DNA of 54,643 nt, filler included, from Jimgerdemannia flammicorona (taxonomy: Eukaryota): the NCBI GenBank assembly GCA_003990765.1. It is 3 parts of 3 records of this genome, joined end to end, with 100 filler letters (N's around TTAATTAATTAA, not from the genome) between each part and the next. Parts side by side here need not be neighbours in the genome. Positions count along the whole stretch, not along the records: positions 1 to 18,149 come from RBNJ01002287.1; positions 18,250 to 36,397 come from RBNJ01002288.1; 1 more part is not named here. One strand, 5' to 3'. The translations under genes and the position numbers were made by a program. The notes beneath the pieces were generated by a model. It saw only the letters and a program-made list of their open reading frames with translations. It made no database searches and had not been told where the DNA came from. Positions 13,157-24,614 of this stretch are shown piece by piece (position 1 is the stretch's first letter; each line of letters starts with the position of its first letter).

Positions 13157-16100
13157 ATAAATACTGAGAACTTTTTTATAAGTACAGCACCTTTATTCCC
13201 CATCTCCAAGTTACTATCAGCAAAATGGTTACTACTCTATCTTATGGCCAAATCAACAATATGATATAAGAACTCAACCATAAGTACCTCGAGTATATCA
13301 AGACTACAGACAGAACCTTCCTACACCCCAATGACCATATTCTGCAAATGCCTCAAGTCAGATATACTATGAAGGATGTCTATGATATAATCTGATTCAA
13401 TGAAGACAAAGCAGAAGACAATAATCCCTCTAATGCTGACATGACCTCAAGTCAAGAATCTCTACTAACTCTGATCATACCACCAACCTTGCTGATGAAC
13501 TTACAATAGTTCATAACTATATATGAGACTTATTGGGACAATAACCACTAGCATGAATACTAACCCACATTTACCTCTGATTACTTCAACTATAATGAAG
13601 AGACTAGAGAACACAATCTATACCTTCAGACAACCCTCAAGATAAAACCAACAACTCTACTATCTGAGTATGAATAACATGAACCATAGCCACCAACTTA
13701 CTACAACCCTGTGACTTATAGTACTGTAACCTATAGAAGGTATGCAGATAGTAAATCTGATGAAAGTGAAGATGATGCACTACTCCTTCACCTACTAACA
13801 TCTTATCCAGCATATGAGACAGATGATGCTATCCTATGGGATAGTGATGAAGTCCTAATGTATTATTATCTCAGTGAATAAGGAGAAGTAATCTGCAAAT
13901 CATTCTTAGACAACTACTTTATCAGAGATGATATCATTGATAGTGATATTATCGAAGACTACCCAGACAGTATCTAAATCTATAAATAGCTTAGCAGTTA
14001 TAGTATAGTTATATTAGCCTTGTATGATATGACTGTGAACTGACTCAGCAGTCAGACAATCTCTTGACATATCAGATCACACTTGTACTATGTGACTGCA
14101 TTCTAACTCAGCAAAGTATATACTAAGTGCTACACTCATATCTAGCATAGTCCAGATAGCCCCTCACTAGTATAAATATCCCCTCCCCCAGACCTCAGAA
14201 TCTCAGACTTGAACAGACTCAAATACATAAGAACAATCCTGAATACTTCCCCACAATATCCCTTCACACAACTACTCCTAGTATAGCAATATCATGAATA
14301 GTAAATAAACCTATTTAATAACCTATAAACCACTCTTAAGTAAATCCACTCTCTATTAGGTCTCACTCCTAACCCCATCATGAAATTTCCTAATTGGGTA
14401 TTGTCTGCAGTGATATGCCAATTTAACTAAGCTGGTCTTAGTTTCTTGAACTTCCTGAAATACAGAAAATACTGAATATCTAGAACTAGTCTGAAAAAGG
14501 ACTTTGGTTGAGATGTCAACCCGATCTTGAAATCAATAAGTATAGAGGATATACTCTATATAAAATTGATCTTGACCATAAGAAAACAGTCTTCCAGAAT
14601 ATCTAGAACTTCCAGAAAACCCTTCCAGAACTATGTAATGGTTATCCTAAAAAGCAACCCTCTTACAACTTGATAGCAGCAGTTTACAATCCAATTCTGC
14701 TTCAAGATACTTCCTCACCCCACTACAAACCCCTCTGAGAATTTCTACAAGTTGGTATAAAGCCCAACCTCTGAACTAGAATTTATCCTGAACTATCTGA
14801 CAATCTGGAGAGAATTGAACCTAATGTACAAGAACAATTTGACCTCTATATCTGCAACAAGTAGAACAAACTTCATTCAAAGAAAGAAATACTCCAGTTA
14901 AATCAGAAAATAGGTGAAACCCTATTTACCAAACTCCTTGCTCTATACCCAGTAAGTTAAGACAAAGAAGGTCTTATTGAAGCCTTCTTTACTCTTCTCA
15001 ACAAGAGTTTTGTCAGCTCCACAAATCTAAGTGACCTAGGACAATCAGCAGCAGTCTTTTTAGTCTTAGTTCCTTACAAAGCTCAAGCCTCTGTAGCCAA
15101 GTGGCTCAACTCTACCGACTTTCACTATATCAGGACCAAGACTATATTATACTATCAATTTCAGAACAGCAAGGCCTGCTATATTCTTAAAGAAGAAGTA
15201 AGAGAAACCCTTCATCAACTATCTGATCCTGAACCTGAAGTAGGCCCTACTACAACTCTACCTGAATCTGAAATCAACACTGAACCAGAACTTGACTTTG
15301 AATTAAGTTCATCTGAAATCAGATATACAACTGATTCTATCTACTTCAATGCTAAGCAAACCCAACTATATGGGGATCAAACTGAAGAGGAGGAGAAGTA
15401 TCTTAGTGAATTCGATCCTGGATACACTACCAAAGAAGATGCACCTCCATTAGGCCAGAACATACCTACACAGCAACAAATAGCTATCTATCAAGCCCTC
15501 ACTCCAGACCCACAACTACTACTTCAGCAACTTACACAGACCCAAAGAACACCCTCACACTTTACACCAGTACCTCAAGTAGTACCAGTAATACCACTAC
15601 TAGTAGTTTAACCACCTCCAGTAAACAACATAGTAAACCAACAGATTCTAGACCTCATAGCCTAGGTGCAATAATGGTAGCAACCATTACTGTCTTAGCT
15701 GAACAGATCTGACCTACCAAAAATCTGAGCCTACCTATCTTCAATGATACTGTATAAGAAGTCCAAAGCTTTATTAGTATAGTTGATACTAACTTTGAAG
15801 TCAATCAATAGACCAATGAGCAAGTTGCTGACCACCTTCTGACAAACAATCAAGACCACACTCTGGAACAACTCTTTGCTACTACTATGGCCTATGTCTG
15901 CTGAGTTATTCCATTCTTCTAAGGACCTGCTGAAGAATGGTGGCAAACCCTTTCTGAAAAACCCCTCACATGAGATACCTGACCTACAGTAATTGCTCAG
16001 AATGCAGCAAACAATACCCCAGGATATAGAGCCCATCCTGCAGCCCCTGGACTCAAACAACTCATGATTGCCCAATACCACAGCAAAATCATGATTACTA

Positions 16101-18149
16101 AATCTAGAGTAAAACTCTGCAACCTCAAATTTGATGTACATAGTAAAGAAGAATTCGAAACCTTCTGTATAAAACTTGAGTCACTCCTGAACACTGTTGG
16201 CCTAGGATATATAGCCAATAATAAAACATGAAATAGTACAAGAGCAGACCATCTATTTGATGTACTGTCTGAATAGCTTACTAGAAAAATCCAAGAACAA
16301 GGCTACCCAGTTAGTTGTGATCATCAACAATGATACTTGGCAAGAATCAAGACTATGGTCAAGCAAATTTTAACAGCTGGACCAATTCTGCCCCAAAGAC
16401 AATTCAACAATAAGAAAAAAACTTGAACCAAGAAAGAAGAACCCAAGTATGAAGCATCCTGAGCTCTCTCCACATCCACCTCATGGACACCCAGAAATCA
16501 TGAACCCACTCAGCTGAGTACCTTCAAGAAACTCACTGAAGGCAAAAGGAATGAACTTTGAAGAAGCAGAGCATACTTCTATTGCTGAAAGATAGGACAC
16601 ATGGCCAGTGCCTGCTCCAACTGAAAACCCTGAACAGCAATATGAGCAACTGTTACTACTCTGTACCATCTCAATAACCTGACTACCAGAATACTGGACT
16701 TTGTTAAGTTAAGACAAACTACTAAGGCCCCAAAGGAAGTTAAAAGATAGCTGGATATGATCTGTATGCAGCTGAAGAAGCCACAGTTTCCAACCAAGAA
16801 GTCAAGCAAGTCTATATAGGAATCAGCATCCAAATCTCTGAAGGACATATTGGAAGAATATACTGTTACAGCAGCCTAGCATTAAAAGGACTCTCAGTAG
16901 AAGGAGGAGTTATTGATGAAGATTATACAGGTGAAATTATTATCCTCATCTGAAACCATAGTTGGACACTCTTTAAGATTCCTATTGGTTTCTGCATTAC
17001 CCAGATCCTATTCAAAAAAATCAAATCTACCCTGATAGTCAAGAAAGTCCCTGAACTACTGCCCACCATCCAAGGATCCAAAGGATTTAGTTCATCAAAC
17101 AAGGCTCTAGCCCAACCTACCATGAATAAAGAAGAACAATTCTACAAGAAAATTGAAGATGGATATATACTAAGTGGCTGATGCCCCTATGGTATTAGAA
17201 TGTACTCTTCCTGAATAATTAATGATTGCTTCTTTTGTGTCAATGAACTGGCTCAAAGAAGAACCAATAGAAGGAAAGTTCCTACAACTGAAATCACTAC
17301 CATTGGATCAGACAAACTGCTTATACTTCAAGCTTTTGTCAACCAAGTACCTGTCAAGATTATGATAAACAGTAGTGCCTCAGGCAACTTCATCAATGAA
17401 GAAACAGCCAACAGACTCAAGGTCTTCACCTCTTCAGTACAACAAACTCAAGCAGTTGCCACAGCTGATAGAACCTCGCATGTCATTAGTAAGGAAGTCT
17501 GCAACCTACCCTTCCAAATTGGTGATTACTGAGTACATATTACTCTCTAGATTGTACTACTTCCTGACAATAAGATCATTCTTGGGACTCTATGGTTAAA
17601 ATAAGAAAACCCTATGATCAATTGGGTAAACTATTCTCTGACTATCAAGAAAGGATGCCACAACTTCAAATTGCAAGGTGAAAAGGACCTACCCAACTCT
17701 AGTAACCTTGGATCAAAGATCACCCACATCAATAAGCTACAGCTCAAGAAATTGGTCAAGAAATGCCCTCTCTTTGCTATCTCCATCTGCCCATCCAAAG
17801 GAGAACCTGAGAACACTGAGGAAGACTTTTCCAAAGTTGACAGCCATGTCAGACCACTACTCCAGAAATTCCAAGACATATTTCCAAAGAAGCTTCTGAA
17901 GAGCTTACCTCCTAAACAAGCAGTAGACCATATAATTAAGATCATCCCAGATGCTAAGCCAGCCTTCAAGTCAATCTACCACATATCACTGAGAGAAATC
18001 GATACACTCAAGAAAGAAATTGATGAACTCCTAGAACAAGAATTCATAGACCCAGTATATCACCCTATGGTATACCAGTCCTCTTCATTGTAAAGAAAGG
18101 AAGAGACCTGTGAATGTATATTGATTACTGTGATCTCTTTTTTTTTTTT

Positions 18150-18249
18150 NNNNNNNNNNNNNNNNNNNNNNNNNNNNNNNNNNNNNNNNNNNNTTAATTA
18201 ATTAANNNNNNNNNNNNNNNNNNNNNNNNNNNNNNNNNNNNNNNNNNNN
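18150..18249. other. Artificial contig linker
   Basis: N runs around TTAATTAATTAA (stops in all six frames). Confidence 0.97.
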
Positions 18250-18296
<47 letters not shown>

Positions 18297-18364
18297 CATG
18301 CTACAGGTTTGATTTTTTTTTCAAAGAAATCGTTTTCTTACCCTCGATTTTCATCTATTTACAG

Positions 18365-19760
18365 GCTTTTCCCCGTTCACGCTAACGCGTCCGACTTTGT
18401 GCAACGAACCATCCGGCAGGTCATTAAGGGATTGATCAAGTCTATCGGCCCTCAATCGCCCAAGCTGTTGAACATCATTCGTAATTTCCCACCGGGTGGG
18501 GATCGGCTGGTTATCAGGATCTTGGTTGTGTTGACAGATACGGGTAGGTTGCTTTTTCATCCCGTTTTAGGTGTTGTTTCGAACTGGTTGTCATGCGGAG
18601 CGCATGGTTTGGCTGTGTCGAAGAATATGGCGTCTTTGTTCGCCTTCTATTCTATTCGATTGATTGCTTTCCGTCGTCATTTGTTGCAGTGAGGCCATCA
18701 CCGGAACTTGTCAAGACTGTGAAGGCAGTGTTCGTGGAGAGAGATCTTGATGCCAAGTTCTTGATTCCCATCATTTCCGGGCTGACCAAGGTATGACAGC
18801 ATTACTTCATTCAACCATACCTTCGATCATATGAGTGCGTTCAAACCAACCCCGATCCTATCTCCAAATGAAATAAGGTCGGTTTTTGTTTGAACGCACT
18901 CATCATATATAGTATTAGGTAAAACTAATTGTCCATTCTTGATTTTTCATCGAAACCCTTCGTGCGTGTCCCGCAGGACGAGATTAAGCAGTACCTACCT
19001 CGGATCGTCGCTCTTCTCGATGGTACACCGATGCAAAACCAAGTCGTTAAAAGGGTGTTCTCGCGGATCACCACAGGCGTTGGCAACACATCGCCGCCGA
19101 TTAGCTCTCAGGACCTTTTGATGGCGCTGCATGATATGGAAGGTATTCCACCTCAGAAGGTTGTTGAAGGTATGTGTTAGTATAGGTTGAGGATGTACTA
19201 TTTCATAGGGGCGACTTTTGGAATTCACATAATCAAATTTGGCCTGACGTATTCTCGTTGTTCATTTCGAAACAGCCATCAATGTCTGCTTTAATATGTC
19301 TGAGGCGTTCAAGTCGGAGATTATTGCCGTGGTTTTACAGCAATTGATCGATCAACCCAAAATTCCTGGGTTATCGATGATGACGGTTAGTCAATACGCC
19401 TCCATTGATCGTCGATTTATCCATCATATCAATATTTACTAATAATATCTGCCATGGCATCGTTTCCAGATAATTCGCAGTGTACAGGTGTACAAGAACC
19501 TGACCGGGTTTGTCATGTCGCTGCTCGCGAAGCTGATCCAACGCAAAGTGTGGAATGACCCGAAACTGTGGACCGGTTTTATAAAGTGCTGCGAGCGAAC
19601 CCAGCCGCAGTCGATCAGGGTTCTCGCTACCTTACCGCGACAACAGCTTAAGGACGTGATCACGAAGGTCCCCGCGATGGAAAAGCCCGTGCGCGAGTAC
19701 GCGGAGAAGGGGAAGCATACCAGGGTTTTGCAGGCGTTGGATGAAGTAATGGTGGCGTGA
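18365..19760 (+). CDS. SYMPK: Symplekin (mRNA 3'-processing scaffold), 3' exons; 5' part missing
   Basis: GT-AG exons 18365-18543, 18690-18790, 18977-19169, 19276-19385 and 19470-19760 splice in frame: FPPGGDRLVIRILVVLT, DAKFLIPIISGLTKDEIKQYLPRIV, AINVCF..FKSEIIAVVLQQL, LIQRKVWNDPKLWTGFIKCC..TQPQS..LATLP, as in Symplekin_C. Confidence 0.92.
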
Positions 19761-20455
19761 TGGGAACGAGGAATGGAGCGGAGAGAAGGGTGTCCCCGGT
19801 TTTGAGAAGGTGAGATTATATTGCTGCAGAGTTATGGTTGGGTGCTTCTGGAACCTAAATCATTGTCGCATTTGAAGTCTTGCTCACTTGCAATAATTTC
19901 GTTCGATTCAAACGTTGTTTCAAATTGGCAATGCCTTTGTACAGTATTTAGATCACCTTACCTCTCTTTCGCTCTTTTGTCAGTAATGGTTTTCTCTTCC
20001 ATCGTGAAATTCGTAGAACCGGTGCATAAAAGTTGGGCGTCTGGCAAAAAGGAGTGGCTTGTACAGGTGATGTCGCATATTTTCATAGCTAGAATCTTAC
20101 TTTCTGTGACTGTACATACGAAGAAAACAACATGTAGATAAATGAAGAGGCAGTCGGTTGTAACCCCGCACGTGATTCTTGATATACAGTCCTCCTGATA
20201 TCCGTTCAGGACGTTGTCCCAACACTCGTTGTGACGCGCTTACCTGGGCATGATATGGAAATGTTTACGGGACGGGAACAAAGTTTATCTTGGCCAAAAT
20301 ACTTACGGGTGATACTCGCCGGTTAGCCTAAGGAAACCATGTATCTGTCAAAAAAGTGCCTGGAATTGAATGTCTTGACTTACATTTATGTCATTGAGCT
20401 AGATATTACTATATAAGTGATGATGGCTTTACTTTGTAAATCAGACTATATTAGC

Positions 20456-20581
20456 TAGTGCTCCCAAACGAATCGAATCAATTTGAATCAAATCGAATTG
20501 AGGGTCATTTGAATCAAATCGAATTGGGGATTTTTCAATTTGAATTGAATTGACCTTCGATTCGATTCGTTGGGAGCACTA
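20456..20581. mobile_element. 126-bp hAT-type mini-MITE
   Basis: TAGTGCTCCCAAACGAATCGAATC...GATTCGATTCGTTGGGAGCACTA; same termini as 11857 and 28904. TSD not clean. Confidence 0.8.
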
Positions 20582-20760
20582 AATATTACAACTTGGATGA
20601 TATTTTTAGCTTATATTTTTGGTCTGCAAAAATGATATTATAGATTTAAATAATTAATAGTTAAATATTTAAAATTTAAATATTTACTACTTAATATATA
20701 TAAATCTACTAATTGAAATATTTTTATTTTTTAATTTTATTAACTTATATATTTATAAAT

Positions 20761-20931
20761 TGTTATAACATATGATCTGAATTAGGAACAAGAATCAGAG
20801 GATAGATATTTGATTATAGCTTACAATTGTAGAAAAATTTTATAGTTATAAGATAAAAAGAAGTTATATACTTACATATATAACTATCTCTATAACTAGA
20901 AACCTTATATAAATATTCTCAGTATCTAGAG
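20761..20931 (+). repeat. Family-B-related LTR fragment, interrupted by a hAT MITE
   Basis: gatctgaattag...gatatttgattata and ttatataaatattctcagtatctagag match the reverse complement of the B LTRs. Confidence 0.6.
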
Positions 20932-21162
20932 TAGTACTCTCAATGAATTAAATCAAAGATCCAATTTGATTTAAGATTTGATTTGAACTCTATTTTTTGA
21001 AATGTAATAATTTGACAAAAATATGTCCAAATTTAATAATCTTTAGTTTGTTAGATTTCTCTATATAAGAGAAATCTAACAAGCTAAGAATTATTAAATT
21101 TAGATATTTTTTCATCAAGTTATTATATTTTGAAAAATAGGATTTGAATTGGACCCTCAATT
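20932..21162. mobile_element. Truncated hAT MITE (one end plus one palindromic unit)
   Basis: Starts TAGTACTCTCAATGAATTAAATC; contains the ~180-bp unit seen at 23215-24100; cut by a family-A LTR. Confidence 0.7.
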
Positions 21163-24100
21163 TGTATAAGTATGTAATATTACTCTCAGAACCCATTTAG
21201 AAACTATATGTAAGATCATGAAGCTAAGTCAAACTGAAGTTATAGATTACAAAGCTGAGTTAACTTGAAGTCATGAAATATAAGATTTATAAAAATAGAA
21301 TCTTACTAATTAGAACTGAAAGTATATATACTAAATATACAGATATATTGAAATAGAGAACTACAATAAACCAAACAACTATAATTCTTGAATATATATA
21401 TAAACATGACTATTGAAATCTATAATTACATCTGTATTAATATTTAGAATATTATTATCAACTAAGCTACAACTTCTCTATCTCTCATAAATATTCATAG
21501 TCTAGTATTCCTCTATTTTATGAAAGCTCAATAGAATATTCTGAATATACTCAGCAAAGCTTACCAAATCAGACAAATTTCAAGCTACTATCAGATCAGC
21601 TATCTCCTAGAAGATATGGTTAACTACTACTATAATATAGATATTACTAAAATATCTCAATACCAGAAACTTATTACCTATAAATACTGAGAACTTTTCT
21701 ACAAGTATAGTATCTTTATTCTCTACCTCTGAGTTACTACTGCTGAAATAGTTATTACTCTATCTTATGACCAAATTGATGATATAATATAAGAACTTAA
21801 CTATAAGTATATTGAGTATATCCAAACTATAGACAGATCTTTTCTGTACCTCAATGATCATATTCTGTAAATGTCCCAAGTTAGATATACTATAAAGGAT
21901 ATCTACAATATAATTTAGTTCAATAAAAATGAAACAAAAAACAATGATCTCTCTGATGTCAATATGATCTCCAGCTAAGAATCTCTATCAACTCTAATCA
22001 CTTTATTAATCTTACTGATGAACTTACAATAGTTTATAATCACCTATAAGACCTATTGAGATAATAACCACTAGTATAAGTACTAACTTACATTCACACC
22101 CAATTACTTCAACTACAATGAAGAGACTAGAGAATATAACTTATATCTTCAGACAACTCTCGAAATTAAACTAACAATCCCACCTCTTAAGTATAAACAA
22201 AATGAATTGCAGCTGCTAGCATATTATAACTCTACAATCTATAATATTATAATCCACCAAAGATATGCTAACAGCAAATCTGATGAAAGTGAAATAATAC
22301 ATCTCTTCTCTATCTACTAATACTCTATCCAGTATATGAGACAGATAACATCATTCTATAGAATAGTAATATGATTCCAACCTACTACTATATAAATAAA
22401 TAAAGAAATATCATCTAAGAACTACTCTTCTTAGATAACTATTTTATTAAAAATAATGTCATTGATAGTGATCTCATTGAAGAATATCTAGACAGTATCT
22501 AAATTTATAGATATATAGCTTAGTAGTCTTTAGTATAGTTAGATTAGTCTTATACTATATGACTATATACTGAATCATCAGTCAGACAATCTCTTGATAT
22601 ATTAGTTCACACTTATATTATATAACTATATTTTGACTGAGTAAGGTACTAAGTATTATATTTATATTTAGCATACATAGTCTAGATAGCTCTCATTAGT
22701 ATAAATATCCACTCTTTCAGATCTCAGAAACTCAGATATAAATAGATATAAATAGACTTAAACAGACAGAAACATAGATAAGAACTCCTGACCACTTCTC
22801 TACAATATCTCTTTACATACTACTTTTAGTATAGTAATATTATAAATAGTAAATAAATCTATTTAATAATCTATAAATTACTCTTAAGTAAATTTATATT
22901 CTATTAGGTCCTACTTCTAACTAAATTCTGAAATTTCCTAATTGGGTATTGTCTACAGCAATATATTAATTAAACTAAGCTGGTTTTAGTTTCTTAAACT
23001 TCCTGAAATACAGAACCTCCTGAATATTTAGAATAAGTCTGAAAAAGAACTTTAGTTAAGACTAGTACTTTTAATAAATCAAATTAAATTAAATTGAACC
23101 CAAATTCAATTTGATTCAAAAACTTCAAATCAAATTAAGGCCCAATTTGATTCAAATCAATTTGAATTGAGGTCTAATTCAATTTGAATTTCAATTCAAT
23201 TTGAATTTTAATTCAAACCTAAATATTTTAAAATTCAATAACTTGATGAAAACATGTTCAAATTTAATCATCATTATTGTACTAGATTCACCTTATTAAG
23301 GCAAATCAAACAAGCTAAAATATATCAAATTTGGATATATTTTCATCAAGTTATTGTATTTCAAAGTTTGACTTCAAATCAGATCTCAATTCACAAATCT
23401 AAATTTTTGAAATTAAATAACATGACAAAAACATGTCTAAATTTAATGATCTTTATTGAACTGGGTTCACCTTATCAAGGTGAATCCAACAAGCTAAAAT
23501 ATATCAAATTTGGATATGTTTTCATCATGTTATTATATTTCAAAGTTTGACTTCAAATCAGATCTCAATTCATAAACCTAAATATTTGAAATTTAATATC
23601 ATGACAAAAACATATCCAAATTTAATGATCTTTATTGTACTGGATTTGCCTTATCAAAGCAAATCCAACAAGCTAAAATACATTAAATTTGGATATGTTT
23701 TTGTCAAGTTATTATATTTCAAAGTTTGACTTCAAATCAGATCTCAATTCATGAACCTAAATTTTTAAAATTCAATAACCTGATGAAAACATATCTATAT
23801 TTAATAATCTTTATTATACTGGATTCGCCTTATTAAGGTAAATCTAACAAGCTAAAATACATCAAATTTGAATGTGTTTTTATTGAGTTATTGTATTCTA
23901 AATTTTAATTTTCAATTTCAAATTGAATCAGATCTCAACTTTGAACCTAAATATTTAAAATACAATAATATGATGAAAATATGTTCAAATCTAATGATTT
24001 TTATTATACTGGATTCACCTTGTCAAAGTGAATCCAATAAGCTAAAATATATCAAATTTAGACATGTTTTCATTGAGTTATTATATTTCAAAGTTTGACT

Positions 24101-24345
24101 TCCAATTTCAAATCAAATCAGACCTCAATTTGATCCAATTTGATTTGAACTCAATTCAATTTGAAACACTCTTAATTTGATTCAATTTGAATTGATTCAA
24201 TTTGTTTAGGATTACTAGTTAAGACATTAATCTAATCTTGAAATCAATAAGTATAAAGGACATACTCTATATAAAATTAATCTTGACCTTAAGAAAATGA
24301 TCTTTCAGAATATCCAGAACTTCCAGAAAACCCTTCCAGAGCTAT
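21163..24345 (+). repeat. Family-A LTR, heavily mutated, with ORF remnant (~21406-22502) and a MITE insertion; 3' tip replaced by another element
   Basis: Starts TGTATAAG; colinear with 31792-33825. Confidence 0.9.
23063..24217. mobile_element. hAT non-autonomous element carrying five tandem ~180-bp palindromic units
   Basis: TAGTAC...TACTA ends; TSD GTTAAGAC at 23055-23062 and 24218-24225; units at ~23215-24100. Confidence 0.88.
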
Positions 24346-24480
24346 CCCTTAGGTCATTGGCATCCACAGGCAAATTTGCCTGCAAATTTCGCCACATGAT
24401 TCACGTGATATAATCAACCCCCATTGGTCAGAATTTGGTGACATCATCCATATCTTCATAAATACACCCCGCCATATGCC
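24346..24480. mobile_element. One end of a second CCCTTAG-terminated element
   Basis: LTR homology stops at ..gctAT|CCCTTAGGTC; caaatttgcctgcaaattt parallels caaatatggctgcaaattt of the 12893 MITE. Right boundary approximate. Confidence 0.5.
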
Positions 24481-24614
24481 GTATACCACTCAGGTTAACA
24501 CTCAAACACATAGTTGTAGTACTTCTTCTGGTATTATTGTATCTTGGCAGTAGGTTCTCATACTTGCTGGTATATTTTGTATAACCAGATGATCTCTTCA
24601 GTAACTTGTTTTGT

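Larger units (their letters stand above)
11700..18137 (+). mobile_element. Family A copy A2: 5' LTR (11700-14667), PBS, extended gag, dUTPase, protease, start of RT; cut by contig end
   Basis: LTR ends ...cttaCA followed by tgatagcagcag PBS. dUTPase AGYDL / GGVIDEDYTGEI / GSKGFSS at ~16690-17095; protease IMINSSASGNFI at ~17360; RT start MYIDY at ~18114. Confidence 0.93.

Noticed and set aside
15731..16141. Recurrent antisense ORF (also 26641-27018 and 34920-35309)
   Set aside because: Opposite-strand shadow of gag with inconsistent starts among copies.
18250..18293. Poly(A) as a retroposon tail
   Set aside because: It sits at a contig edge, as do the poly(T) runs at other contig ends; an assembly break at a homopolymer.
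23215..24100. CRISPR-like array or repeated small ORFs
   Set aside because: No unique spacers and no cas genes; the ORFs are by-products of a palindromic AT-rich tandem unit inside a TSD-flanked element.
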